Source of the DNA: Flavobacteriales bacterium
GTDB taxonomy: Bacteria > Bacteroidota > Bacteroidia > Flavobacteriales > Flavobacteriaceae
NCBI GenBank assembly: GCA_038234745.1
Contig: JBBQSZ010000008.1
Coordinates: 5,231-69,230 of the forward strand
DNA: 64,000 nt
Direction of reading: 5' to 3'
A program made the translations under genes and the position numbers. The notes under the pieces were generated by a model that made no database searches, was not told where the DNA came from, and was given only the letters and a program-made list of their open reading frames with translations. This document shows positions 53,297-62,778 of this stretch, in pieces. The stretch's first letter is position 1; each line of letters opens with the position of its first letter.

Positions 53297-55984
53297 ATGT
53301 TTAAAATTTCAATAAAGCAAACAATATCTTTTTTGATATTGTTTGCTTCTTTTATTTCATTTGCCCAAACACGCACCATAACGGGAGTAGTCTCTGACGA
53401 TGCAAATATTCCGTTAGAAAACGCAAATATCATCGCTAAACCATTGCAAGAAAAAGCAAGTCTGAAATTTGCAATTGCAGACAATAAAGGGCGTTATAGA
53501 CTTGAATTAGAAACTGATGTAAAATACGAAATAACCGTTTCCTATATAGGTTTTACTGATGAAATTTTAATAGTTGAGTCAAATTCAACAATTAATGCCT
53601 ACGATTTCAAGTTAAAACCCACTGGAGAAATTCTCAAAGAAATAATAATTAAATATGAATACCAACCCGTTGTAATAAAAAAAGACACACTAACATTTGA
53701 TGTAAAAAGTTTTGCCAACGGCAATGAACGCAAAATGAAAGAAATTCTAGAAAAACTACCAGGAGTTGAGGTGGATAAAAAAGGAAATGTTACCGTACAA
53801 GGAAAAAAAGTTACTAAAATGCTGGTGGAAGGCAAGTCGTTCTTCGGCGGAGGTTCTAAACTCGCTGTAGAAAACATTCCAGCCGATGCCTTAGATAAAA
53901 TTGAAGTCATAGATCACTTTAATGAAATTGGATTTATGAAGCAAGTTTCAGATAGTGATGATTTGGCAATGAATGTAAAACTAAAGGCAGATAAGAAAAA
54001 GTTTGTTTTTGGTGATATCGAAGGTGGTGCCGAAGTAGGAAATGCTGATAACGGCTTCTATCTTGCACATGCCGCCTTGTTTTATTATGCTCCAAAAACG
54101 AATTTGAGTTTCATTGGAGATGCAAACAACATAGGAAAAAGCACCTTTACTTTTGAAGATTTAATGCGTTTTGGAGGAGGAATGAGTAGTTATCTTTCGG
54201 GACGAAAATCCTTTACAAATTTGTATTCTTTTACCAATGATAATACTGATGTGGTTCAGAATAAATCACAATTTACAGCTTTTAATTTTAGTCACGACAC
54301 TTCTTCTAAACTATCTATTTCTGGATTTGGGATTTTCTCTAAAGTTTTTACGGTTGCAAAATCTGAAGAAAAAAACGCGTATCTACAAAATAATGTTGTT
54401 ACAAATGAGAATAAACTTAAAAACGGTAATGCTAGATCTGTCCTAGGAATAGGAAATTTAAAATTAGATTATTCTCCCAATACTAAGGAAAAATGGTATT
54501 ACAATGCCCAATATCAATCGAGCACTAATAACTTATTGAATACCATTAATTCATTTACTAATGTGAATTCTAGTCTTTTTGAAATATTAAGTAAAGCGGA
54601 CAATACATCAGTTAAACAATATATGGAGTGGCATAAAAATTATAATCTGCATCATATAACTACACTAGTTATTAATCAAGCATTTGAAAATCAAACTCCG
54701 GACACGAAAATACTTACAAACCAACCTTTTTTTCAAGGCATAATTCCTTTACAAGTAGATGATTTGTATAACATTGATCAGCACAAGAAAGTAAAGAATA
54801 ACAATATCGATGCCCTGTTTAAACATTATTGGATTCTTAATGATTTTAATCATTTATATGCAATTACGGGAAATAATTATATGTCTTCACAATTCAAAAC
54901 TTTGGAAAAACAAATACTCACTGATGGTAGAATTAATGATTTTTCATCGTCAGGTTTTGGAAATGATGTTAAATACCAACTAAATGACGCCAATATTGGT
55001 TTAGAATATAAGTTTAGAATAGGAAAATGGACGAATAAGCCTGGTTTGTATTTGCATTTATATCATCTAACCACAATTCAAACTTCCAATAACTATTCAT
55101 TGTCAAAGACACTTTTTCAACCACTGTGGAATAGTGAATACGAGTTTAATAAATCTGAATCATTAAGCTTTACCTATAAATTGGAGAATAGTTTTCCCGA
55201 AATAAGTCAGCTTGCTAATCGTTTTACTTTACAATCTTATAATGTAGTTTACAAAGGAAATGCGCTTTTACAAAACGAGCACTATCACACAGCAAATTTG
55301 AGATATTCTAAAATAAATATGTATCATGGGCTTACTTTGTTCGCAATGGCAAATTATAATAAAAAATTAAAAACCATTAGGAACGAAATTCAAATAGAAG
55401 GAATTAATCAATTCAATACGCCTAAATTGAGCGATAATCCAGAAACAAATTACAGTATAAATAGCTCGTTTAGTAAAAGAATATACCGTTTTAATTTAAA
55501 GTTAAGTGCTAATTTAAGTTGGTTTAATTATTTGCAAACATTGAATAATATAACAACCTCTAACGATCGCAATAATCAAAAAATGGAAATTGTATTTAAA
55601 ACAGCTTATAAAAAGTGGCCAGATTTTAGTATTGGTTACACAAAAGGATTTAGTCAGTTTTTGGGAATCACAAAATCTACTTTTCAAACAGATGAAATAA
55701 ATTCAGTCTGTGAAGTCGGGTTATTAAAATTCTGGACTTTTAAATTGGAGTACAGCAACCTAAAAAACACAAACAATAATGCTCAGAGTAATTTTTATGA
55801 TCTAGCCAATTCTTCATTGCGTTATCAAAGGAAAAATAGTGCATTTTGTTTTGAGTTAACAGTCAATAATTTATTTAATAATATGGTAAAAAATACGTAT
55901 TCTTTTTCTGATTATGCAATTACTGAGCGAACAACTTATGTTTTACCTCGCGTCTTTTTATTTTCTGTTAGTTATAAATTATAA
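53297..55984 (+). CDS. outer-membrane protein: CarboxypepD_reg-like N-domain, plug-like domain and a large beta-barrel (TonB-dependent-receptor-like)
   Basis: Signal peptide, TITGVVSDDANIPLENANI...VSYIGF, LPGVEVDKKGNVTVQGKKVTKMLVEGK, and a C-terminal beta-signal ...FLFSVSYKL. It starts 12 nt after GLPGLI-3. Confidence 0.8.
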   Translation: MFKISIKQTISFLILFASFISFAQTRTITGVVSDDANIPLENANIIAKPLQEKASLKFAIADNKGRYRLELETDVKYEITVSYIGFTDEILIVESNSTINAYDFKLKPTGEILKEIIIKYEYQPVVIKKDTLTFDVKSFANGNERKMKEILEKLPGVEVDKKGNVTVQGKKVTKMLVEGKSFFGGGSKLAVENIPADALDKIEVIDHFNEIGFMKQVSDSDDLAMNVKLKADKKKFVFGDIEGGAEVGNADNGFYLAHAALFYYAPKTNLSFIGDANNIGKSTFTFEDLMRFGGGMSSYLSGRKSFTNLYSFTNDNTDVVQNKSQFTAFNFSHDTSSKLSISGFGIFSKVFTVAKSEEKNAYLQNNVVTNENKLKNGNARSVLGIGNLKLDYSPNTKEKWYYNAQYQSSTNNLLNTINSFTNVNSSLFEILSKADNTSVKQYMEWHKNYNLHHITTLVINQAFENQTPDTKILTNQPFFQGIIPLQVDDLYNIDQHKKVKNNNIDALFKHYWILNDFNHLYAITGNNYMSSQFKTLEKQILTDGRINDFSSSGFGNDVKYQLNDANIGLEYKFRIGKWTNKPGLYLHLYHLTTIQTSNNYSLSKTLFQPLWNSEYEFNKSESLSFTYKLENSFPEISQLANRFTLQSYNVVYKGNALLQNEHYHTANLRYSKINMYHGLTLFAMANYNKKLKTIRNEIQIEGINQFNTPKLSDNPETNYSINSSFSKRIYRFNLKLSANLSWFNYLQTLNNITTSNDRNNQKMEIVFKTAYKKWPDFSIGYTKGFSQFLGITKSTFQTDEINSVCEVGLLKFWTFKLEYSNLKNTNNNAQSNFYDLANSSLRYQRKNSAFCFELTVNNLFNNMVKNTYSFSDYAITERTTYVLPRVFLFSVSYKL

Positions 55985-56434
55985 TTAATTATAAACCCGC
56001 AATATATCTCCATTGGTCTCGACACGATATTGTTTTAGTGGATATTGTTTGCCAGCACTTTGTCCTGAAAACAAACTATATGCCGCATTATCGCAAGCAC
56101 AAACTACGGTTGTTTTGTCCAATTTCAAAGGATCATTTGCATCCAATTTTTTAAAAGCCATTGTTGAACAACTACTTAAAGCTTGATTGGGACAAGCGGC
56201 GTCAAAAGCAACATAACCACTTCCTGTATTGAAAATAAACAAACCTCGAGCACCTTGATTGGGATAGTAAATGGCATTACTAACATATTTTAGATCCGAA
56301 TAAGCAGGTAAATTCATGTTTATCTCTATTGTGAAAGAATAATTCGGAATATAAGGATTGTTGTTATTCGTAGAATTTGGGCTACAACTAAAAAGCATTG
56401 GAAAAACAATCAGCAAAAGAAAATATTTTTTCAT
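55985..56434 (-). CDS. lipoprotein with a degenerate Rieske-like fold, hypothetical
   Basis: Lipobox LFSCS. AFDAACPNQ ... VVCACDNAAYSLFSGQ resembles Rieske CxH...CxxH spacing but lacks the His ligands. Confidence 0.5.
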   Translation of the reverse strand: MKKYFLLLIVFPMLFSCSPNSTNNNNPYIPNYSFTIEINMNLPAYSDLKYVSNAIYYPNQGARGLFIFNTGSGYVAFDAACPNQALSSCSTMAFKKLDANDPLKLDKTTVVCACDNAAYSLFSGQSAGKQYPLKQYRVETNGDILRVYN

Positions 56435-56534
56435 TATTCAGATTTTATATAGGAATCAAGTAGACAAATTTAATTTATTTAGCTTTTAAACGGATATGTT
56501 TAACGTATATTTATAGATTAAATAAAAATAATAG

Positions 56535-56542
56535 TATCTTTG
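56535..56542 (+). promoter_or_regulatory. Bacteroidota -7 promoter box TATCTTTG upstream of greA
   Basis: TAnnTTTG match 57 nt upstream of the greA ATG. Confidence 0.4.
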
Positions 56543-56598
56543 TGAAAAGAAATCCCGTTCCGATGGGATTTTTTCTATTTTATATAAACGATGAAGTT

Positions 56599-57075
56599 AT
56601 GAGTACAGTATCTTATTATACCGCAGAAGGATTAAAAAAATTAAGAGAAGAATTAGATTATTTAAAAAGTGTGATGCGTCCAAAAGCATCTCAAGATATA
56701 GCAGAAGCAAGAGATAAAGGAGATTTATCTGAAAATGCAGAATATGATGCTGCCAAAGAAGCACAAGGAATGCTAGAAATGCGTATTGCCAAATTGGAAG
56801 AAGTACATTCGAACGCTCGATTGATTGATGAATCTACTTTAGATGTATCAAAAGTTTTGGTATTGTCGAATGTCAAAATCAAGAACCAATCCAATGGAAT
56901 GGAGATGAAATATACTCTTGTAGCCGAAAGTGAAGCCGATTTGAAAACCGGAAAAATATCTGTTACTTCTCCAATTGGTAAAGGTTTACTTGGGAAAACC
57001 GTTGGAGAAATTGCTGAAATCACCGTCCCGAATGGCGTTTTGAAATTTGAAATTTTAGAAGTTTCTAGAGACTAA
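56599..57075 (+). CDS. greA: transcription elongation factor GreA
   Basis: The ATG at 56599 gives MSTVSYYTAEGLKKLREEL. Contains GDLSENAEYDAAKE and the C-terminal domain SPIGKGLLGK. Confidence 0.9.
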   Translation: MSTVSYYTAEGLKKLREELDYLKSVMRPKASQDIAEARDKGDLSENAEYDAAKEAQGMLEMRIAKLEEVHSNARLIDESTLDVSKVLVLSNVKIKNQSNGMEMKYTLVAESEADLKTGKISVTSPIGKGLLGKTVGEIAEITVPNGVLKFEILEVSRD

Positions 57076-57143
57076 AAAAGTATTCAGTTTGCAGTGGCAG
57101 TTTTTAGTTTATTTAGAAGTAACATTTGCTAAAGTTAAAAAAA

Positions 57144-57533
57144 ATGAGCTCTATTTTCACAAAAATCATAAAAGGAGAAATTCCTTGCTATAAAATAGCT
57201 GAGGATGATAATTTTTTAGCTTTTTTGGATGTAAATCCAAATGCAAAAGGACATACTTTATGTGTTCCTAAACAGGAAATTGACAAATTATTTGACCTAG
57301 ACGATGATTTGTACCATGGATTAATGCAATTTTCTAAAAAAATTGCCGTTGCACTTGAGAAAACAATTCCTTGCAATCGAATAGGAATGGCAGTCATTGG
57401 ACTGGAAGTTCCTCATGCTCACGTTCATTTGATTCCATTAAACCAAATGGGAGAAATGACTTTCAAGCACAAAGTAAGTTTGACCAAGGAAGAGTTTGAG
57501 GCTTTAGCCAAAGAAATTCAAGCTAATTTATAA
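57144..57533 (+). CDS. HIT family protein (histidine triad)
   Basis: IFTKIIKGEIP and HxHxHxx motif HAHVHLIP. Confidence 0.85.
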   Translation: MSSIFTKIIKGEIPCYKIAEDDNFLAFLDVNPNAKGHTLCVPKQEIDKLFDLDDDLYHGLMQFSKKIAVALEKTIPCNRIGMAVIGLEVPHAHVHLIPLNQMGEMTFKHKVSLTKEEFEALAKEIQANL

Positions 57534-57561
57534 TAGACTTTTCAAAAGTAATTCGATTGAA

Positions 57562-58734
57562 ATGAAGCATGCTTTTGTACTTATCACTTTTTTTTGTTCT
57601 CTTTTAAGTTTTGGTCAAGCCAATGTCGATTACACTTTAATCGACAAACGAATGGCGTCAATTCCAAGTAATTTGACCAATTCTACAGATGAAATCGCAA
57701 GTTATATCAACGCTAATTTCAAAACAGAAAACGATAAAATTCGAGCCGCTTTTTATTGGACAGTATCCAACATTAGTTATGATATCAAAAACAGTAAAGG
57801 GTCTAATTCGATAGAAAGTTCGCAAGAAAAAATCATCAAAACTTTAAAATCCAGAAAAGGAGTTTGCATTGATTATGCTGAGGTTTTTAATGCTATTGCA
57901 AAAAAAATTGGTGTCGAATCTTATGTAATTGATGGATACACGAAGCAAAACGGAAAAATAGATATTCTTGCTCATGCTTGGTGTGCCGCAAAAATTGAGG
58001 GTAAATGGTTTTTCTTTGATCCAACTTGGGGCTCTGGAGGCACAAATAATGGTCAGTTTGTTAAAAAAATAAACAACTATTATTTTAAAACAGACTTTAG
58101 TAAAATCATTGCTTCTCATATTCCATTTGATTATTTATGGCAGTTTTCGAATTATCCGATAACCAATTCCGAATTTTATCAAGGGAAAACTCAATTGGAT
58201 AAAACCAAGAAATATTTTGATTTTGAGAAGGAAATTGCCAGACAAGATAGTCTAAATGAAATTGATCAATTGTTTGAATCAGCTGTAAGAATAGAGAAAA
58301 ACGGGTTAAAAAACGCGATGATTATTGCTAAATATGAGTCAGTAAAGAGTCATTATACTTATTTACAACAAAGCGAAAATATTGACAAACTGAATGCTGT
58401 TGTGATAGAAATGAATGAAGCGGTTGCGTTATTGAATGATTTTATTTTTTATAGAAATAATAAATTCAAGCCTCCTTTTCCAGACGATGAAATTACTAAT
58501 ATGATAGAAAAGCCGAAAGAAAAATTAGTTAAATGCCAAAATGATATTTATAAAATTGGTTTCATAGGAAATGAAAATACGTCTAATTTGAAATCGATTA
58601 AAAGATCAATTGAAACTAATTTGGCGCTATCTGAGCAACACGCATCTTTTGTGAAAACTTATTTGAGTAAGTCGAAATTAGTGAGAAAAACCATGTTTTC
58701 GAAAATAACTTGGGCTGGAATCCCACTGAATTAA
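57562..58734 (+). CDS. transglutaminase-like domain protein
   Basis: Cys-His-Asp core: KGVCIDYAEVF, AHAWCAAK, FFDPTWG. Has a signal peptide. Confidence 0.75.
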   Translation: MKHAFVLITFFCSLLSFGQANVDYTLIDKRMASIPSNLTNSTDEIASYINANFKTENDKIRAAFYWTVSNISYDIKNSKGSNSIESSQEKIIKTLKSRKGVCIDYAEVFNAIAKKIGVESYVIDGYTKQNGKIDILAHAWCAAKIEGKWFFFDPTWGSGGTNNGQFVKKINNYYFKTDFSKIIASHIPFDYLWQFSNYPITNSEFYQGKTQLDKTKKYFDFEKEIARQDSLNEIDQLFESAVRIEKNGLKNAMIIAKYESVKSHYTYLQQSENIDKLNAVVIEMNEAVALLNDFIFYRNNKFKPPFPDDEITNMIEKPKEKLVKCQNDIYKIGFIGNENTSNLKSIKRSIETNLALSEQHASFVKTYLSKSKLVRKTMFSKITWAGIPLN

Positions 58735-59879
58735 ACAGTTTTCTTTAAACTCACTTGCATCGTTGTTCCTTTTCCAATTTCGGAATGCAAAACTTTTATA
58801 GTTCCCTTGTGATATTCTTCGACAATTCGTTTTGTTAAAGATAAACCCAAACCCCAACCTCTTTTTTTGGTCGTAAAACCAGGTTCGAAGACATTTTTGA
58901 ATTGATTCTTTGGAATTCCATTTCCAGTATCCGAAACTTTGATTTTTACAAATTCACCGTCTTCTTCGATGGAAACGGCTAATTTTCCTCTGCCTTTCAT
59001 GGCATCAATAGCGTTTTTTACTAGGTTTTCGATTGTCCAACCGTGTAAAGTTGGGTTAAAGGAAGCAAATATTGGAGACTCAGGGCCATTAAAAGAAAAT
59101 TCTACTTGCTTTGAAAACCGTGATTGCAAATATTTGTACGACTGATGGGTTTCTTCAACGATATCCATGTTTTCGAGTTTGGGTTCTGACCCAATTTTCG
59201 AAAAACGTTCGGTTATAGTTTGCAGGCGTTCAATGTCTTTCTCTATTTCATCGGTTGTTGATTGATCGACATTTTCAGATTTCAGAATTTCAACCCATCC
59301 TACTAATGATGTCAGTGGCGTGCCAATTTGGTGAGCCGTTTCTTTTGCCATTCCTGCCCAAAGCTTGTTTTGGGTTGCCATTTTTGTGCTTTTGTAAAAA
59401 TTATACACTAGTCCCGCAAATAAAAATATGATGAGCAACAAAGCGACTGGGTAATATTTCAGCTTGTTCAGCAAAGCCGAATCTCCGTAGTATAAATATT
59501 GAAATTTTCCAGGAACATACTCAATAACAATGGGCTCATTTTCGCTTTTTAAACCTTGCAAAAAAGTATCGGCTTTTTGTTTGTCCAATACAATTGATTC
59601 GTCAATATTAATCGAATTGATAATTACACCATTCTCTGTGAGCATTATTGGAATAGAAGTATTGTTGCTAAAAATCTGCAGCGGAAGTTCTAAATCAGTG
59701 TTTTCACCAGCATTAATAAGGGTTTTTTGAGCATTGGCCCAAAGATTCATTTTAAGTCGTTCTTCTTGTTTGAAAATTTGGAAAAAAGTATAGGTATTCC
59801 AAAGAATTAAGGAGACGATTAAAAAGGAAGCAAAAATAATGATCCAACGAGTGGTATTTCTTTTTTCGGAAAAATGCAT
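58731..59879 (-). CDS. sensor histidine kinase (two TM helices, periplasmic domain, HisKA plus HATPase_c)
   Basis: H-box ETAHQIGTPLTSL, N-box ENLVKNAIDA, G-boxes DTGNGI and GWGLGLSL. Confidence 0.85.
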   Translation of the reverse strand: MHFSEKRNTTRWIIIFASFLIVSLILWNTYTFFQIFKQEERLKMNLWANAQKTLINAGENTDLELPLQIFSNNTSIPIMLTENGVIINSINIDESIVLDKQKADTFLQGLKSENEPIVIEYVPGKFQYLYYGDSALLNKLKYYPVALLLIIFLFAGLVYNFYKSTKMATQNKLWAGMAKETAHQIGTPLTSLVGWVEILKSENVDQSTTDEIEKDIERLQTITERFSKIGSEPKLENMDIVEETHQSYKYLQSRFSKQVEFSFNGPESPIFASFNPTLHGWTIENLVKNAIDAMKGRGKLAVSIEEDGEFVKIKVSDTGNGIPKNQFKNVFEPGFTTKKRGWGLGLSLTKRIVEEYHKGTIKVLHSEIGKGTTMQVSLKKTV

Positions 59880-60036
59880 ACTTATAATTTAAAGGCTAAA
59901 TATAGTGAAATTAAAGTTTGTGTTAAAGTAATTAAACCTTTCAGAGAATTGTTTGTCTTAAACTCTTTTGATAAGAAAAATTATTCATTCTCTGGCATAA
60001 ACACTATTTTCGCCACTAAATTTTTAAATAATTACA

Positions 60037-62523
60037 ATGAAATTAAATCAATTTATTTTAATGGTTGCTTTCTTAGCAACTAGTTCTGTATTTAGCCAAA
60101 TAACAGGCAAAGTAAAAGACGGAGACTATCCGCTAGAATATGCAACTGCAACTTTATTTTCAACTCCAACTAAAACCATTGTTGCTGGTGTAGTTACTGA
60201 TGCTAAAGGAAATTTTAAAATTGAAAATAATGCATCCGGAAATTATTATTTAGAAATTTCTTTCATTGGTTTTGACAAGAAAACGATAAAAGACCTAGTT
60301 ATTACTTCTAAAAATACCAAAATTAATGTAGGAACAATTCAATTAGTAACTGCTGGAACAAAACTAGACGACGTTGTAATTAAGTCTGAAAAAAGAACGG
60401 TTGTAAGTAAAATTGACCGTCAAGTTTATGATGCAAAGTCTTTTCAAAACAGTCAAGGAGGATCTGCAACTGATGTGATAAAAAACCTACCCTCTGTTTC
60501 AATTGATAGTCAAGGCGATGTTAGCGTAAGAGGAACAACAGGATTTATGGTGTTGTTGAATGGGAAACCAACACAAGGAAGCATTTCGGCAATTTTGGGT
60601 CAATTGCCAGCCAATGCAATAGACAGAGTGGAAGTCGTTACGGCGCCTTCAGCAAAATATGACCCTGATGGAAAAGCGGGAATTTTGAATATTATCACAA
60701 AAAAAGGGGCTACCGATGGTGCTTATACGCAACTGAACGTAAAAGGGGGTTTTCCTTCGATAGAAAATTATAACAATAAAGAGAACGCGCAACGGTACGG
60801 AATTGACGGAACGTATAATGTCAAAAAAGAAAAATGGGATATTTCACTCGGTGGAAATTTTGGCAGAAACGACATTCAAGGTCGTAGAGAAGGAGATGTT
60901 TTTACCAACAACGTTACTAAAAATTACAAAACCCAATTTCCATCGGATGGAGAGCGTAGTACAAATGAGTTAAACTATAGCGGACGTTTTACGGTTGATT
61001 ATAATCCAAATGCAGCAGACAATTTTTCGGTAGGTTTCTATGCTGGAAAACGTAAAGTAGAAAGAACGGCTGATATTTTTTACAACAACACCACAACCTC
61101 TCTTACGGACGGAAGTGCAATTAAAAATTTCAATTATTACAATCACAATCTAAGAATTCGTGATGGCGATTTTTCTTTGGGAAGCTTTAATTATTCGCAT
61201 TCTTTTAAAAATAAATCCAAGTTAACAACTTCTTTTTTATACGAATATACTTTGCTTGGCGGGCCAACAACCAACCTGAATTTAGGATATGCCGATCATT
61301 CAACTGTATATCAAGACGAATACAACACCAATGACAATCCGCTTTACGGAACCAGAGCGCAACTGGATTACGAGTTCAAACCCTTTTCTTTTGGAAAATT
61401 AGAAACGGGTTACCAATTTAGAAAACTACAAAACAACGGGAATTTTATATACGAAAGACGGAATGGTACTTCTGGGCTTTTCGAAATTGTACCTGAGTTT
61501 ACGAGTGTGGTTAACTTAGAACGCTTGATTCATTCCGGCTATTTACAATTAAACGGAAGCAAAGCAAAATGGGAATATGCTGCAGGTTTGCGTTTGGAGT
61601 CAATGAATCGTGATTTTTATCTAAAAGGCTATAACCAAACTGCTGAGAATTTAAGCTATGATTATGTAAAATTGTTCCCTTCGGCTTCGGCGCAATACAC
61701 GATGGACAATAATGTAAAATTGAAAGCAGGTTATAGTAAAAGAGTTGATCGTGCACCAAGTTACCAAATGAATCCATTCAAAGAAAGAGAGCATTCTGAA
61801 ACTTTTGAGCAAGGAGATAAAAATTTACGTCCTGAGTTTACCGATTTAATCGAATTGGGAATTAGTAAAAATTTCAAAGGCGGGCATTCCTTTTTTGCAA
61901 CAGCCTATTATAGAAATGTTCAAAACCTGATAAACCGAGTAAATACGCTTTCGTACACAACAGCAGGTGTGCTGAACGATACTATTTTGGATCGTATTTA
62001 TTCGAATGTTGGTCGAGGAAAAACAGTAGGTTTAGAAGTAGGATCACAATTTAAACCAACAACAAAATGGACGAATTTTGTTGGAGCGAACGTATATAAT
62101 TTCAACATTGACGGAAGCTACAACGGACAAAGAATCAATTCGAGTGCCATTCAATATTCTATAAATGCAAATAGCACCTATGCTTTTTCGAGCACAACCT
62201 CTTTGCAGTTTACTATGAATTATTTATCTAAAAAAATTACAGCTCAAGGAGAAGATTCCCGTTTTTACTCGCCAAATTTAAGCTTGCGAAAAACATTTTT
62301 AGACAATCAATTAGTAGCCACCTTGCAATGGCAAAATATCGATATGGGATTGTTGGATACCAATGAGCAACGGATCACAACCTACAAGCCAGGGCAATTT
62401 TACACGACAACTAATTATGTCTACGAAGTAGATATGGTTCTCCTAAATTTGACTTATACCTTTAATAAAACTAAAAACCGCTCTAAATTTATTGATAGTG
62501 AATTTGGTAAAAAAGAATTCTAA
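60037..62523 (+). CDS. outer-membrane protein: CarboxypepD_reg-like N-domain, plug and beta-barrel (TonB-dependent-receptor-like)
   Basis: Signal peptide, ITGKVKDGDYPLEYATATL...ISFIGF, NLPSVSIDSQGDVSVRGTTGFMVLLNGKP, 828 aa. Confidence 0.8.
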   Translation: MKLNQFILMVAFLATSSVFSQITGKVKDGDYPLEYATATLFSTPTKTIVAGVVTDAKGNFKIENNASGNYYLEISFIGFDKKTIKDLVITSKNTKINVGTIQLVTAGTKLDDVVIKSEKRTVVSKIDRQVYDAKSFQNSQGGSATDVIKNLPSVSIDSQGDVSVRGTTGFMVLLNGKPTQGSISAILGQLPANAIDRVEVVTAPSAKYDPDGKAGILNIITKKGATDGAYTQLNVKGGFPSIENYNNKENAQRYGIDGTYNVKKEKWDISLGGNFGRNDIQGRREGDVFTNNVTKNYKTQFPSDGERSTNELNYSGRFTVDYNPNAADNFSVGFYAGKRKVERTADIFYNNTTTSLTDGSAIKNFNYYNHNLRIRDGDFSLGSFNYSHSFKNKSKLTTSFLYEYTLLGGPTTNLNLGYADHSTVYQDEYNTNDNPLYGTRAQLDYEFKPFSFGKLETGYQFRKLQNNGNFIYERRNGTSGLFEIVPEFTSVVNLERLIHSGYLQLNGSKAKWEYAAGLRLESMNRDFYLKGYNQTAENLSYDYVKLFPSASAQYTMDNNVKLKAGYSKRVDRAPSYQMNPFKEREHSETFEQGDKNLRPEFTDLIELGISKNFKGGHSFFATAYYRNVQNLINRVNTLSYTTAGVLNDTILDRIYSNVGRGKTVGLEVGSQFKPTTKWTNFVGANVYNFNIDGSYNGQRINSSAIQYSINANSTYAFSSTTSLQFTMNYLSKKITAQGEDSRFYSPNLSLRKTFLDNQLVATLQWQNIDMGLLDTNEQRITTYKPGQFYTTTNYVYEVDMVLLNLTYTFNKTKNRSKFIDSEFGKKEF

Positions 62524-62778
62524 TCCAATACATTTTAAATTAAAAAAGAGCATAATTGAAATTAATTTAAAAAAGTTCGAGTTAGATTTTAATTATGTAA
62601 AAAAAAAGCACTTCTATTTTGTTAATAATTTTTCTAATAAGACGAAGCTGAATTTTGTATGCAATTAAAGAAGTTACTATATTTGTGAAATAGAAGTTCC
62701 CTGACGAGGTTTTTTGTCTTCTGCACAATAACTTCTAGTATAAATAAAAAATAACAACAATAAAATAAATATATAAAG

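Noticed and set aside
53236-53910. Minus-strand ORFs 53236-53484 and 53599-53910 within the 895-aa OMP gene
   Set aside because: Both are antisense chance ORFs. The + strand encodes continuous CarboxypepD_reg and plug motifs.
55978-55993. 16-nt perfect palindrome TTATAATTAATTATAA spanning the abutting stop codons of the convergent OMP and lipoprotein genes
   Set aside because: It is all A/T and arises from two opposed TAA stops plus AT-rich context. It is too weak to fold and unlikely to be functional. The only point worth noting is that the convergent genes have a zero-nt intergenic gap.
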